A stretch of DNA of 64,000 nt from Negaprion brevirostris (taxonomy: Eukaryota). Both the position numbers and the translations under genes were made by a program. The notes beneath the pieces are model-generated. The model did no database searches. It saw only the letters and a list, made by a program, of their open reading frames with translations, and was not told the origin of the DNA. The DNA is taken from NCBI GenBank assembly GCA_030324005.1, contig JARDVH010000042.1, positions 62,401,990 to 62,465,989 on the forward strand, given 5' to 3'. Of the stretch, positions 25,872 to 36,570 are shown one piece after another. The first letter of the stretch is position 1; every line of letters begins with the position of its first letter.

Positions 25872-26077
25872 TAGTCTCGCAATACTAGGTTAAAGTCCAA
25901 CAGGTTTATTTGGAATCATGAGCTTTCGGACCGCTGCTCCTTCATCAGGTGAGTCACTTGATGAAGGGGCAAAGCTCCGAAAGCTTGTCATTCCAAATAA
26001 ACCTGTTGGACTTTAACTTGGTGTTGTGAGACTATTTACTGTGCCTACCTCAGTCCAACGCCGGCATCCCCGTATCA
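25872..26077. mobile_element. Penelope-like element: ~81-bp-arm palindrome with two hammerhead-like cores
   Basis: Inverted arms 25872-25952 and 25954-26034 around g25953, with (C/T)TGATGA-stem-GAAA on both strands. TSD-like ttgcaggtacac (25856-25867) / ttgcaggtgcat (26078-26089). Confidence 0.8.
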
Positions 26078-27768
26078 TTGCAGGTGCATCACAGTGCTGT
26101 TGGGAGAGAGGAACTTTCAGGTGATGGTAAACCCATCCATCAGCTGCCCTTGTTCTTCTAGGTGGTAGAGGTTGTGGGTTTGAAAGATGCTGTCTAAGGG
26201 GCCTTGGTGAACCTGCATCTTGNNNNNNNNNNNNNNNNNNNNNNNNNNNNNNNNNNNNNNNNNNNNNNNNNNNNNNNNNNNNNNNNNNNNNNNNNNNNNN
26301 NNNNNNNNNNNNNNNNNNNNNNNNNNNNNNNNNNNNNNNNNNNNNNNNNNNNNNNNNNNNNNNNNNNNNNNNNNNNNNNNNNNNNNNNNNNNNNNNNNNN
26401 NNNNNNNNNNNNNNNNNNNNNNNNNNNNNNNNNNNNNNNNNNNNNNNNNNNNNNNNNNNNNNNNNNAAATCAACTGGGCTATTTTGTCCTGGACGGAACT
26501 GAGCTTCTTGAGTATTGTTGGCACTGCACACATCCAGACAAGTGGAGAGTTTTACATCACACTCCTGACATGTGCCTTGTAGATACTGGACAGGCTTTGG
26601 GGAGTCAGGAGGTGAGTTACTCACCGCAGAATTCCCAGCCTTTGACTTGCTCTTGTAGCTGAAGCTTTTAAATGGCAAATCCAATTCCGTTTCTGGTCAA
26701 TGGTAACCGCCAGTGGGAGACTCAGCATTGTAATGCCATTATCTGTCCAGGGAGATAGTTAGATTCTTTCTTGTTAAAGATGGTCATTACATGCTCCTTT
26801 TGTGGCGTGAATGTTACTTGCGGCTGGTCCTTGCTCAATATAGGCATGGATTGCATCAGTATCTGAGGAGCTGTGAATGAACATTATGGAGTCATTAGTG
26901 GACATCCCGTGATGTTATGATGGAGAGAAGGTTACTGATGAAGTAGCTGAAGGTGATTGGATCTTAGATGCTAGTCTAAGGAACTCCTGCATCAAGGTCC
27001 TGGAACTGAGGTGATTGACTTCCAACAACCACAACCACCTTCTTTGTGTTGGGTATGACTTCAACCAGCGTAGAGTTTTCCTGCTGCATCCCATTCAGAT
27101 CATTTTTTCTAGGACTCCTTGATGCCACATTTGGTCAAATGCCTGGATTTCAAGGGCAGTCCTTCTTACCTCACTTCTTGAGTTTGGATCTTTTGTCCAT
27201 AGTTGGACTAAGGCTGTAATGTGGTCAAAAGCTGAGTGCCTCCTGTGGAACCCAAACTGAGCATCAGTGAGGAGGTTATTGCTGAGTCAGTGCTATTTGC
27301 TGGCAGTGTCGATGACACCTTCCATCACATTGCTGATGATTGAGAGTAGACTGATGAAGAGCTAACTAGCTGGGAGTTGTCCTGCTTCTTGTGGACAAGA
27401 CGCAACTGGGTAATTTTCCATATCGTCAGACAGATGACAGTGTTTAGCTGTATTGGAACAGCTTGGCTAGAGTCATGGCTTGTTCTCGAGTACATGTTCA
27501 GTACTACTGCCAGAATGTTGCAAGGCCCATAACAGTATCCAGTGCTTTCAACTGTCTCTTGATATCATGTGGAGTGAATTGAAGTAGCTGAAGACTGATA
27601 TCTGCGGTTCTGGGATCCTCAGGATGCTAAAATGAATCACCCACTTGGGAACTCCGGCTGAAGGTGGTGGCAGATACTTAAAAGCCTTCTCTTTTGCACT
27701 GATGTGCTGGGCTCCTCCATCGTTGAAGGCGGGATACTTGTGGAGATGGTGCCTCTGGTTAGTTGCAT

Positions 27769-28086
27769 AATCATAGAATCATAGAACCCTACAGTGCAGA
27801 AAGAGGCCCTTCGGCCCGTCGAGATGCTTCCCACCCAGGCCCTACCCCCATATCCCTACATATTATACCTACTAATCCCTCTAAGGGGCAATTTCTTAGC
27901 ATGGCCAATCAACCTAACATGCACATCTTTGGACTGTGGGAGGAAACTGGAGTATCCGAAGGAAATCCACGCAGCCACAAGGAGTATATGCAAACTCCAC
28001 ACATCCAGTGACCCGAGCCGGGAATAGAATCCAGGACCCTGGAGCTGTGAAGCAGCAGTGCTAACCACTGTGTTATCGTGCCGTGC
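27769..28086 (-). mobile_element. V-SINE (HE1-like), full length, nested in a LINE
   Basis: Same head, core and tail as the 20908 copy; host LINE sequence resumes at ~28092. Confidence 0.9.
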
Positions 28087-28150
28087 ACTACCATAACTGT
28101 CCACTACCATTCCTGGCAGGTGATAATCAGCAGGAATCCATCTGGTTCAC

Positions 28151-28366
28151 AAAGTTAAAGTTTAAAGTTTATTTATTAGTATCACAAGTAGGTTTACATT
28201 NNNNNNNNNNNNNNNNNNNNNNNNNNNNNNNNNNNNNNNNNNNNNNNNNNNNNNNNNNNNNNNNNNNNNNNNNNNNNNNNNNNNNNNNNNNNNNNNNNNN
28301 NNNNNNNNNNNNNNNNNAAACCAGAGCACCTTGAGAAAATCTACGCAGACACAGGGAGAATGTGCA
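28151..28366 (-). mobile_element. V-SINE variant with alternative tail (spans N gap)
   Basis: aaagtttatttattagtatcacaagtaggtttacatt is the reverse complement of the tail of the 44010 copy; V core appears after the gap. Confidence 0.7.
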
Positions 28367-28669
28367 GGAGCGGGGGCCCACTGAGAGATATCCTTGTTTC
28401 TGCCCCCACCCTCTCTCCTGGCATCCAGTGATGATTGTAGACCTTGGCTGGGCATTGTACTAGCAGCATCCATGGTCACTCTGCCCACTTCAATAGACCT
28501 GCCTGCCTCTGACTGGCTTTCACTGAGTCTGGGTGCTTTCATCCCAGAAAAGGCCCACCACTATTCATTTAAACCTGAGTGGCACTTAATTTGGTGGACC
28601 TTCCCTAAAAGCGGTGATGCAGAGCTCTCACTGGCTTTCCAACTGGTGGGCAACTCCTTTGTCGCTCCA

Positions 28670-29165
28670 ACTTGCCAGGATGGGTGCAGTTCCAAATACT
28701 CTCAAGAAGCTTGACATCATCCAGGACAAAGCAGCCCGCTGGATTGGCACTACATCCACAAACATCCACTCCCTTCAGCACCAGTGCACAGTAACAGCGA
28801 TGTGTACTATCTACAAGATACACAGCAGCAATTCACCAAAGATCCTTAGACAGCACCTTCCAAACCCATGACCGTATCCATTTAGAAGGACAAGGGCAGC
28901 AAATAAATAGGAACACCACCACCTGAAGTTCCTCTCCAAGCCATTTACCATCCTGACTTGGAAGTATATCATCGTTCCTTTGCACTCACTGGATTAAAAA
29001 TCCTGGAATTCCCTCCCTAACAGCATTGTGGGTCAACCCACAGCACATGGACTGCAGTGATTCAAGAAGGCAGCTCACCACCGCCTTCTCAAGGGCAACT
29101 AGGGATGGGTAATAAGTTCTGGCCAGCCAGCGATGCCCATGTCCCACGAATGAACATAAAAAAAA
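28670..29165 (+). mobile_element. CR1/L2-group LINE 3' fragment
   Basis: Peptide LKKLDIIQDKAARWIGTTSTNIHSLQHQCTV...LRQHLPNP, then 3' UTR ttcaagaaggcagctcaccaccgccttctcaagggcaactagggatggg and an A tail. Confidence 0.85.
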
Positions 29166-29229
29166 CCTTAAGCAAGGGGCAAGATTATGAGGAGCAGGGA
29201 CAGAGTGGATAAGGAGCAGCTGTTCCCCT

Positions 29230-29309
29230 TAGAACATAGAACATAGAACACTACAGCACAAACAGGCCCTTTGGCCCACAAGTTGCGCTGATCACATCCA
29301 TACCTACCA
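29230..29309 (-). mobile_element. CR1-type LINE 3' tail running into gap
   Basis: (agaacat)n microsatellite tail followed by acagcacaaacaggccctttggcccac. Confidence 0.7.
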
Positions 29310-29848
29310 NNNNNNNNNNNNNNNNNNNNNNNNNNNNNNNNNNNNNNNNNNNNNNNNNNNNNNNNNNNNNNNNNNNNNNNNNNNNNNNNNNNNNNNNNNN
29401 NNNNNNNNNNNNNNNNNNNNNNNNNNNNNNNNNNNNNNNNNNNNNNNNNNNNNNNNNNNNNNNNNNNNNNNNNNNNNNNNNNNNNNNNNNNNNNNNNNNN
29501 NNNNNNNNNNNNNNNNNNNNNNNNNNNNNNNNNNNNNNNNNNNNNNNNNNNNNNNNNNNNNNNNNNNNNNNNNNNNNNNNNNNNNNNNNNNNNNNNNNNN
29601 NNNNNNNNNNNNNNNNNNNNNNNNNNNNNNNNNNNNNNNNNNNNNNNNNNNNNNNNNNNNNNNNNNNNNNNNNNNNNNNNNNNNNNNNNNNNNNNNNNNN
29701 NNNNNNNNNNNNNNNNNNNNNNNNNNNNNNNNNNNNNNNNNNNNNNNNNNNNNNNNNNNNNNNNNNNNNNNNNNNNNNNNNNNNNNNNNNNNNNNNNNNN
29801 NNNNNNNNNNNNNNNNNNNNNNNNNNNNNNNNNNNNNNNNNNNNNNNN

Positions 29849-30079
29849 CTGCGCCTCCACCACCAATCTCTGTGAGCATGCCGCCTCAGATTCTGCCTTC
29901 CTACTTTCCTTCTTCGTCCAGCATTGCTGCACCAGTTGAGCAACTTTTAGTAAGGACTCGTTCAATGGGTATAAACACATGTGAGGTTGGAGTAGTGACT
30001 GAGCCGGAATGCCTTGGACCTTGTGAACCAGGAACCAGTGTAAACCTGGAAGGGATTGTGTGGCATGAAACTGAGGAAG
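29849..30079 (+). CDS. ZNF608: ZNF608 second coding exon (5' end hidden in N gap), phase-1 end
   Basis: Reads (P)[77 protein letters not shown], the conserved ZNF608/609 segment that follows KLKTEK-VDPLFTV. Donor G|GTAAGT at 30079/30080. Confidence 0.95.
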
Positions 30080-30239
30080 GTAAGTGGTTTTAAATCGCTT
30101 GCATGTTTTGTTTGTGATAAAATCTGAGTTACTTTGTTTGATTAATGAGGCTGGGCTCATGATCGTTCATAAGGTTTCGATTTAAGAGAAAGCTAGATAA
30201 ACATAGATAAGGATAGAAGGCTATGCAGAGAGAGTTCGA

Positions 30240-31034
30240 GCTTGTCCAATATCTAGGACTGGATGCATGGAAATTTCCTTCCAGCTAAATATTGGGAAGA
30301 CCAAAGCCATTGGTCCCCGCTGCAAACAACATTCCCTGGCCACTGACTCTATCACTCTCCCTGTTAATTCTCTGAGGCTGAACCAGACTGTTCACCACCC
30401 TCAGCGTTGTATCTGACCCTGAAATGAACCACATAAAATGTTATCACAAAGACTGCCTATTTCCAACTCTTAGGCTATCAACCGGTTTTACCCCGTCTCA
30501 GCTCATACCTAACTTTTTATTTGCTCCCTTTACAGCTGATTATTCGGGAGCATTCTGGCCTGGTGCCCCATCATCCAACAGCCATAAATGTATGATAATT
30601 TAAAATTCTGCTGCCTATGTCCTAACTGGCAGCAAATCCTATTCAACCATCACTCCTGTGCTTACCGACCTACATTGGTTCCCAGTTAAATGACACCTTG
30701 ACTTTAAAATTCTCATCCTTGTTTTCAAATCCCTTCACAACCTCATGCCTCCCTATCCCTATAACTTTCTCTAGCCCAGAAGCCTCTGAGATATCTGTGC
30801 TCTTCCAATCCTGGCCCCTTGGGCATCCCTGATTTTAGTTGCTGCACCATCTGGACTGTGCCTTCAATTTCCTCCCTAAACGTCTCCTCCTCTTTTCTCC
30901 TTTAAGACATTCCTTATTTTTCCGAATGTCCGGTTACCTGACCTGACATCTCCTTTCTGTTTTGGATAATGTTGTGAAGTGCTTTGGGGTGTTTTACCAG
31001 GTTATGGGTGCTATACAAATGCCAGTTGTTGCTG
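30240..31034 (+). mobile_element. L2-type LINE 3' fragment
   Basis: Decayed DWM..NFLQLNIGKTKAI-like coding remnant, HITPVL.DLHW.PV-like stretch at ~30645-30690, and L2 tail gtgaagtgctttgggg...gtgctatacaaatgccagttgttg. Confidence 0.8.
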
Positions 31035-34000
31035 AAGAGGGTTGGGAGGATGCTGGTATTGGACGCGATCTAGTTGTCCAAATGGACTGTTGCTGTGTGA
31101 CGAATGCTTTGTAAGAGTTCAAGGGATTTCTTTGAGGTAAAATGTAATAATTGGGTAACCAGGAACAGAACACACCTTACCAGTTTTCTTCCTCATTTCC
31201 TCACAATGATTAAAGGCATTGATTTTTACTGGGATACAATTCATGCTAATTAGATGCAGAAGCTGATCAGACATTCCATGTGTGCAAGTAACCTTCTCAT
31301 ATCTGAGGATTGTGTGATTCTAGGTAGTGAGTATTGGGAAGCTCTTTGACCTTATCTATCTGAGCTCAGTTCTGTTTTACCCTGACGTCCACTGGTGTAC
31401 TTTCTGACTGGACATTAATTAGGTTCTGGAACCTGGAGATGATTATTTCTCTTCACTACCCTGATGTCAATTGCTGCAACTGCTACTCCAGCTGAGAGCA
31501 GCGAACCCACTGCAGGTTGTGAGCAAACATGATTATAAACCCAAACCCTATTTCAGTGCATTTCTCAAGCTGCTTTCACATTGTGTGAGAGGCCATCAGA
31601 GTGGCAGCAGCAGCACTAATGTCTTGCTGATGATTGCCCTTCCGTTAAGCCTGGAAAATTTATATTCAGTTTGCTGGCTTTGCCACTAGATAAGGTCTGA
31701 GCACAATGTAAAAGCAGATTTTGCACTCAAAATGTACAGCAAGTGAAGATCTATTTAAAAGCAGTAACTAGGCAAGGCCGTCAACCTGATTTAACTTGTA
31801 TTTTTGCTAGTTTTAAGTTGCTGTAGATTTCCACAGCTAGGGGGTCACACAGAAAGTAAAAAGTTCAATTTGTTTGAAGAACCTCATCGTCCCCCCTCCT
31901 TGTGGGTTTGTGATCAGCCAGCATTGTTCTGCTTCCATTGTGGCATTGTATGTAATGGAGGACAGCGTTGGGTAGTGGCTTTCCTTCCTGTTTTATCTGA
32001 AATACTGTAAACCATTTTTTATCACGTGCTACCCTAAATTGGAGAAATGAATGGTTAAGGTTTACACCACCAGTGCATGTGATATGTTGGGAAAAGAAGC
32101 TGTCGATATGACAGGCATGTAATGACGTGTGTGTGTCATGTCTTCATAATGAGGACAGAAATTGGGACTTAGCGCCCTTAGTTAAAATTAAAAGTTGAAA
32201 CATATATGTGGTCAAGAGCTTTGGTTTAGTGTTTGCCTTTTTTACAACATTCATTCTTTGGGTTAACTAATAAAAGGAGACTTTCCTTTTAAATGGTCAA
32301 TGACTATAACGCTAAAAATAGCTGGGGGCTTTTCTAAATTCAATACAAAATATGATGTAGTGTGCTGAGAATAACTAGATTGCTTGAAATGCTTGCCTTC
32401 CAGCGCCAGAATGTGTGGCTGTTTGTGGTGCAGTAAGAGAGCCTGTGGTGACCTTAATAGAGTTATTCATGGTGAATCAAATACCCTTCTGACCCACTGA
32501 ATATTTTATGCTTGATCAGAATTAACAGTTGAGGAGAATGAGATTACTGTTTACTACTGCAGACAACACTTCCCTTTACATTTTTCTCCAGTTTCTGAAG
32601 TTTTTTTTCAAATGGTGTTGAGGTAATAATCCTTTTGTCTAAATCTGCAAAATTACATGGAGAAGCTGAACTCTCCTCCCTCGCTGGCCAAGTGGTAACA
32701 AACACAAGACATAATTGAATCATGTAAATTAGTAGCTCAGTGGACGAACGGTAATAATCAGGAATATGCTCCCCGTGTTTATCAAAGGATTAAATTGCAT
32801 ACTGGGCTAATTAAACTTCGCAAGAATGAGGTCTTTTCTGCTGTCCTTCAGATAGAAACAGCGGAGGGAATGTGTGGAAAGAAATGGTTTGGATTTGGGT
32901 GCAAAACAAGCTTTGTTTTTACAGTGGAAAATGAGGTCAGAGACTGGTGGTTTAAAAAAAATATTTAATGTATAAGACTGTTATTGAGAAATTTCTGTGG
33001 TGCTGCTGTGAGTTTTCTCCTTCCATCTTTTGAGTTGGAATGGAGTGCTTTGGTGTGATTGGTTGAAAAAGTGCTAACCATCTTGATTGTTTGCCAGTGG
33101 CCATTCTGTCTCTTTTGTGTTACTAGAATTTGGGTATTTTTCTAGCAAATAAAACAGTGTAGTGCAAGGAAATGGGAAGGATGTCAAGTCTTCTCAGCCT
33201 GTTAGCAGTAGAAAATAAATGAGTCCTACATTCTTAGTGAAAAGATGATCAGTTCTTTACTAATACGAACGAAACAGAGCTTATTATTATGTGAAAGTTC
33301 CAATCATTAGGAGTGGTAATTTGAAGGTTGGATGGGGCTATTGCCTAAGGCTTGAATTGCTAAGAGAACCAGCACAATGGACATGTAGAAACAGCTCGGA
33401 TGTCACACTGAATGAAAGGCAATTCTTTCTCCAGCTCTCTGTTAAACCATTTGCACACAGCAAAAAGGAAACAAATGGGCTACTAAGCTCCAGAAGATGG
33501 CTAATACTTGGCATGACAAATTGCCTCAGGAGACCATTACATAAACTGTCAGACCTTCTCCTGGCTGTGATTATCTAGTGTGAATGGAGAGGAGAAGCAA
33601 GATTTTCAAAAGCATCTTTCCTAAATAAAGAAGAAAGGTCAGGCTTTAATAATGTTTGTATACTGTAGCAGTGATATGAATTTTTGTGTAGCTATCTGCA
33701 GCCCCACTAACCACGGCAAAGAATTTCCCATACTGGGTTTAGATCTGCAATAGACATTAATGGATTTAATTCGGCTGAAACAGGGAGTTTCAATGTATTC
33801 ATGAAGCTGGAAGCTAATGTATGCTTTACTGTCTGTGCAGCCATTTTAAGCAGTAATAAAATAATAGTGCTTTTTAATATATATAATTTTGCTAATGACA
33901 TTTAAGCTGTTTGCTAAAGACAAATGTAAAACATTAGAGAAAGATTTAAATTGTTAATTCAGGAGGAGAGAGGAAGGTTGAATTTTCCCTACAGTGTCAG

Positions 34001-35351
34001 GGGATGTCACAGTGCTTCCCGCACTGAATTAACATATTCAATTTCCCTAACTCGAAACTCAATAGACTAAAAATGCCTCAGTGTTCAGCAGCGCCCAGGA
34101 TACTCTGCAGTGTTTAACTGGAGCCTATAAACAGCTTGGTGCAGAGTCCCGAGCATGACAGGTTGGGTGGATTGTGAACAGTATTGTGTGGATGTGTATG
34201 AAATATGTAACCGGCTCGCATTAGTCGCCTCCTGCCAGACACAGAGCCTCGACGCAAGGTCCCCTGTGCTTCTTATACATACCCACAATTATTTCTTCCT
34301 TAACCAAACCGTAAAGGAACACAGGCGGGGGGGGGGGGGGGGGGGGCGGGGGCGCCGGCGCGGTGTGNNNNNNNNNNNNNNNNNNNNNNNNNNNNNNNNN
34401 NNNNNNNNNNNNNNNNNNNNNNNNNNNNNNNNNNNNNNNNNNNNNNNNNNNNNNNNNNNNNNNNNNNNNNNNNNNNNNNNNNNNNGATCTAATGGGAGGC
34501 TTGAGTAGGTTAGCCTGCAATAAAACAGACTTGATTCAGAATCGCAAAGCTAAAAAATTAAATGGTCAAATGGAAGGTGTTAAATGATGGAAGATGAAAC
34601 TGTTAGCCTGTTATGAAGAACGGTGTGGGTATCGAATAGGTTAGTAGTTAGAGGGGGGAATTGTGTGCGGCTGAAATTACAGCTTAGGGTTTCTCACTGC
34701 TAGTTGAACAAACAGAACCTGCCTTGAATAATTTATAGCTGATATCTGAATTGCTTCACAAGTGCTGCAATATTATTATAGCCTCAAACCCCAGCAGCGG
34801 TGGAAACTCTTTGACTGTGCTGATGGCACAGGAAGTGAAGATGCCAAAAGGTGCAGGGGTCAAAAGCGGGAATGCCAGTGACTTTATAACACAACAACAA
34901 CAACAAGAGTCATCTTGCATCCTGCATCTTTACAGATGCAAGAAACCCTCCTGGGAAGCCCGGCTAAATTTGCTTTGAAATGTAGATAAAATAACAGGCC
35001 ATTAATGGTCTTTGCCTGGGGAAGGTCAGTTAGAAAGCACCAACTGAAGGTCACTCAAACTCTAGTGCCATTTAACAGCTTTCCTTCAGAAGCAAAATGT
35101 TGATTTTGCCATAAGGCAAGTTGGTATTCCTATCACAGGTTAAGAACAGAACTTTTCAGTGTCACTTTGTGGTGTTTTCAATTGCTGCTGCCTCATTATA
35201 TTTAAAAACTGGAAGTATAAATTATGGCCATCAGTTTGAAAATTGAAATTGTGCTGTTGATCGCTGGTGTTCCTATTTTTTTCAAAGTGGCAGCGAGGGC
35301 ACAACCAGCAGCTGGTTGTTAATGTATGATGGTGTACACGCCCAGGTCATT

Positions 35352-35480
35352 GGCTGAGATTTTCCTGCCCCACCCACCACCGGGATTGTCCAAATCCCAT
35401 GGAAAGTCAATGGACTTTTGCTGGGCCACTGTATCTCTCACCCAGGGGTCTCACCATGACACAGCCAGAAAATCTCAGCC
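35352..35480. mobile_element. MITE with perfect 13-bp TIRs and ATT TSD
   Basis: att|ggctgagattttc ... gaaaatctcagcc|att. Confidence 0.8.
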
Positions 35481-35675
35481 ATTGGTTCCATACTTGTTGG
35501 TAACAGCTAATGATGAAATGCATGGTGGGTGATTATACAAGCAGCTACCTTGTTTGTGCAATAATGTTGTTTTAACATTTCTTCACGCGGTATAAAAATA
35601 TTTTGAGACTTTAACTGAGTCACTTTTTTTTATTCATTCACAAGATGTGGGTGTGGATAACAAAGCTCACCCTTA

Positions 35676-35972
35676 GTGTTAATGTTTCGAGTCCATATGA
35701 CCCTTTTTCAGAAGGGCCATGCGGACTTGAAACATTGGGCAGGATTTTCCAGTGGCGTATGCCCCAAGCTGGAAATTCCTCCCCGGGATCAGCGGGCTTT
35801 TACAAGGTCTGCTGAGTTTTCTGTCCTGCGCAGTAGATTCCCACGGCGTGCGCAACTAGAAAATTTCACCCATTTCCTCTTGCTGCAAAGATGCTGCCAG
35901 ACCTGCTGAGTTTATCCAGCCTTTTCTGTTTTTATTTCGGATTTCTAGCATCCGCTGTATTTTGCCTTTATT
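35676..35972. mobile_element. Penelope-like relic with head-to-head hammerhead-like cores, interrupted by a MITE
   Basis: Palindrome 35681-35736, with the arm continuing after the MITE as agatgctgccagacctgctgagtttatccagc...ctagcatccgctgtattttgc. Confidence 0.65.
35737..35871. mobile_element. MITE with ATT TSD
   Basis: att|gggcaggattttc ... gaaaatttcaccc|att. Confidence 0.7.
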
Positions 35973-35999
35973 CTAGACCTGTTCTGAGCTTTGCTGAGC

Positions 36000-36570
36000 T
36001 TTGTCTATAGCATTTCATTGTTTAACATGCACCTGGTCCTGTGTTGTAACTTCACCAGGTGGACACCACGTTTTCTGGTGTGCCTGGTGTTGCTCCTGGC
36101 ATAACCTCCTGCACTCTTCATTGAACCAGGGTTGGTCCCCTGTCTGGGTGGTGGTGGTGAAGTATACGGTATACTGGGCCACTCAATATAATGGGATACA
36201 GTTTTGCTGCTGATGATGGCCCACTGTGCCTCATGTCTGCCAATTTTGAGTTGTTGCATCTGCTAGATCTGTTCTGAATCCATCCCATTTAGCACAGTGA
36301 AGGAGAACCTCAGTGTGAAGATGGGACTTCTGCTACATAAGGATTACACGGTGGTCAGTTCTACCTGTACTGTCTGGACAGATACATCTGCAATCGGTAG
36401 ATTGGTCAGGATGAGGTCAAGCAGGTTTTTACCTCTTGGTTCTCTCCCACTGGCTGCAAGCCCACAATCCTCCAGAGCAGGGTCAGCTAAGTAAATTGTA
36501 GTGCTACTCTGTCACTCTTGTTCATAGTTTATGAAGTCCCCCACCCAGAGTACATTTTGTGTCCATGCTA
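36000..36570 (-). mobile_element. Decayed LINE internal fragment
   Basis: Resembles the internal ORF2 region of the abundant LINE at 25734; recognised by eye only. Confidence 0.5.

Larger units (their letters stand above)
25734..28120 (-). mobile_element. CR1/L2-group LINE, decayed, with nested Penelope and V-SINE insertions
   Basis: 3' end is the reverse complement of 29050-29165. The minus peptide AVPTILKKLSSVQDKIAQLI matches the + copy AVPNTLKKLDIIQDKAARWI. Confidence 0.8.

Noticed and set aside
26013-30160. Long ORFs of 120-330 aa in the track (also at 41077-41754 and 7174-7631)
   Set aside because: They are open only because they run through N gaps.
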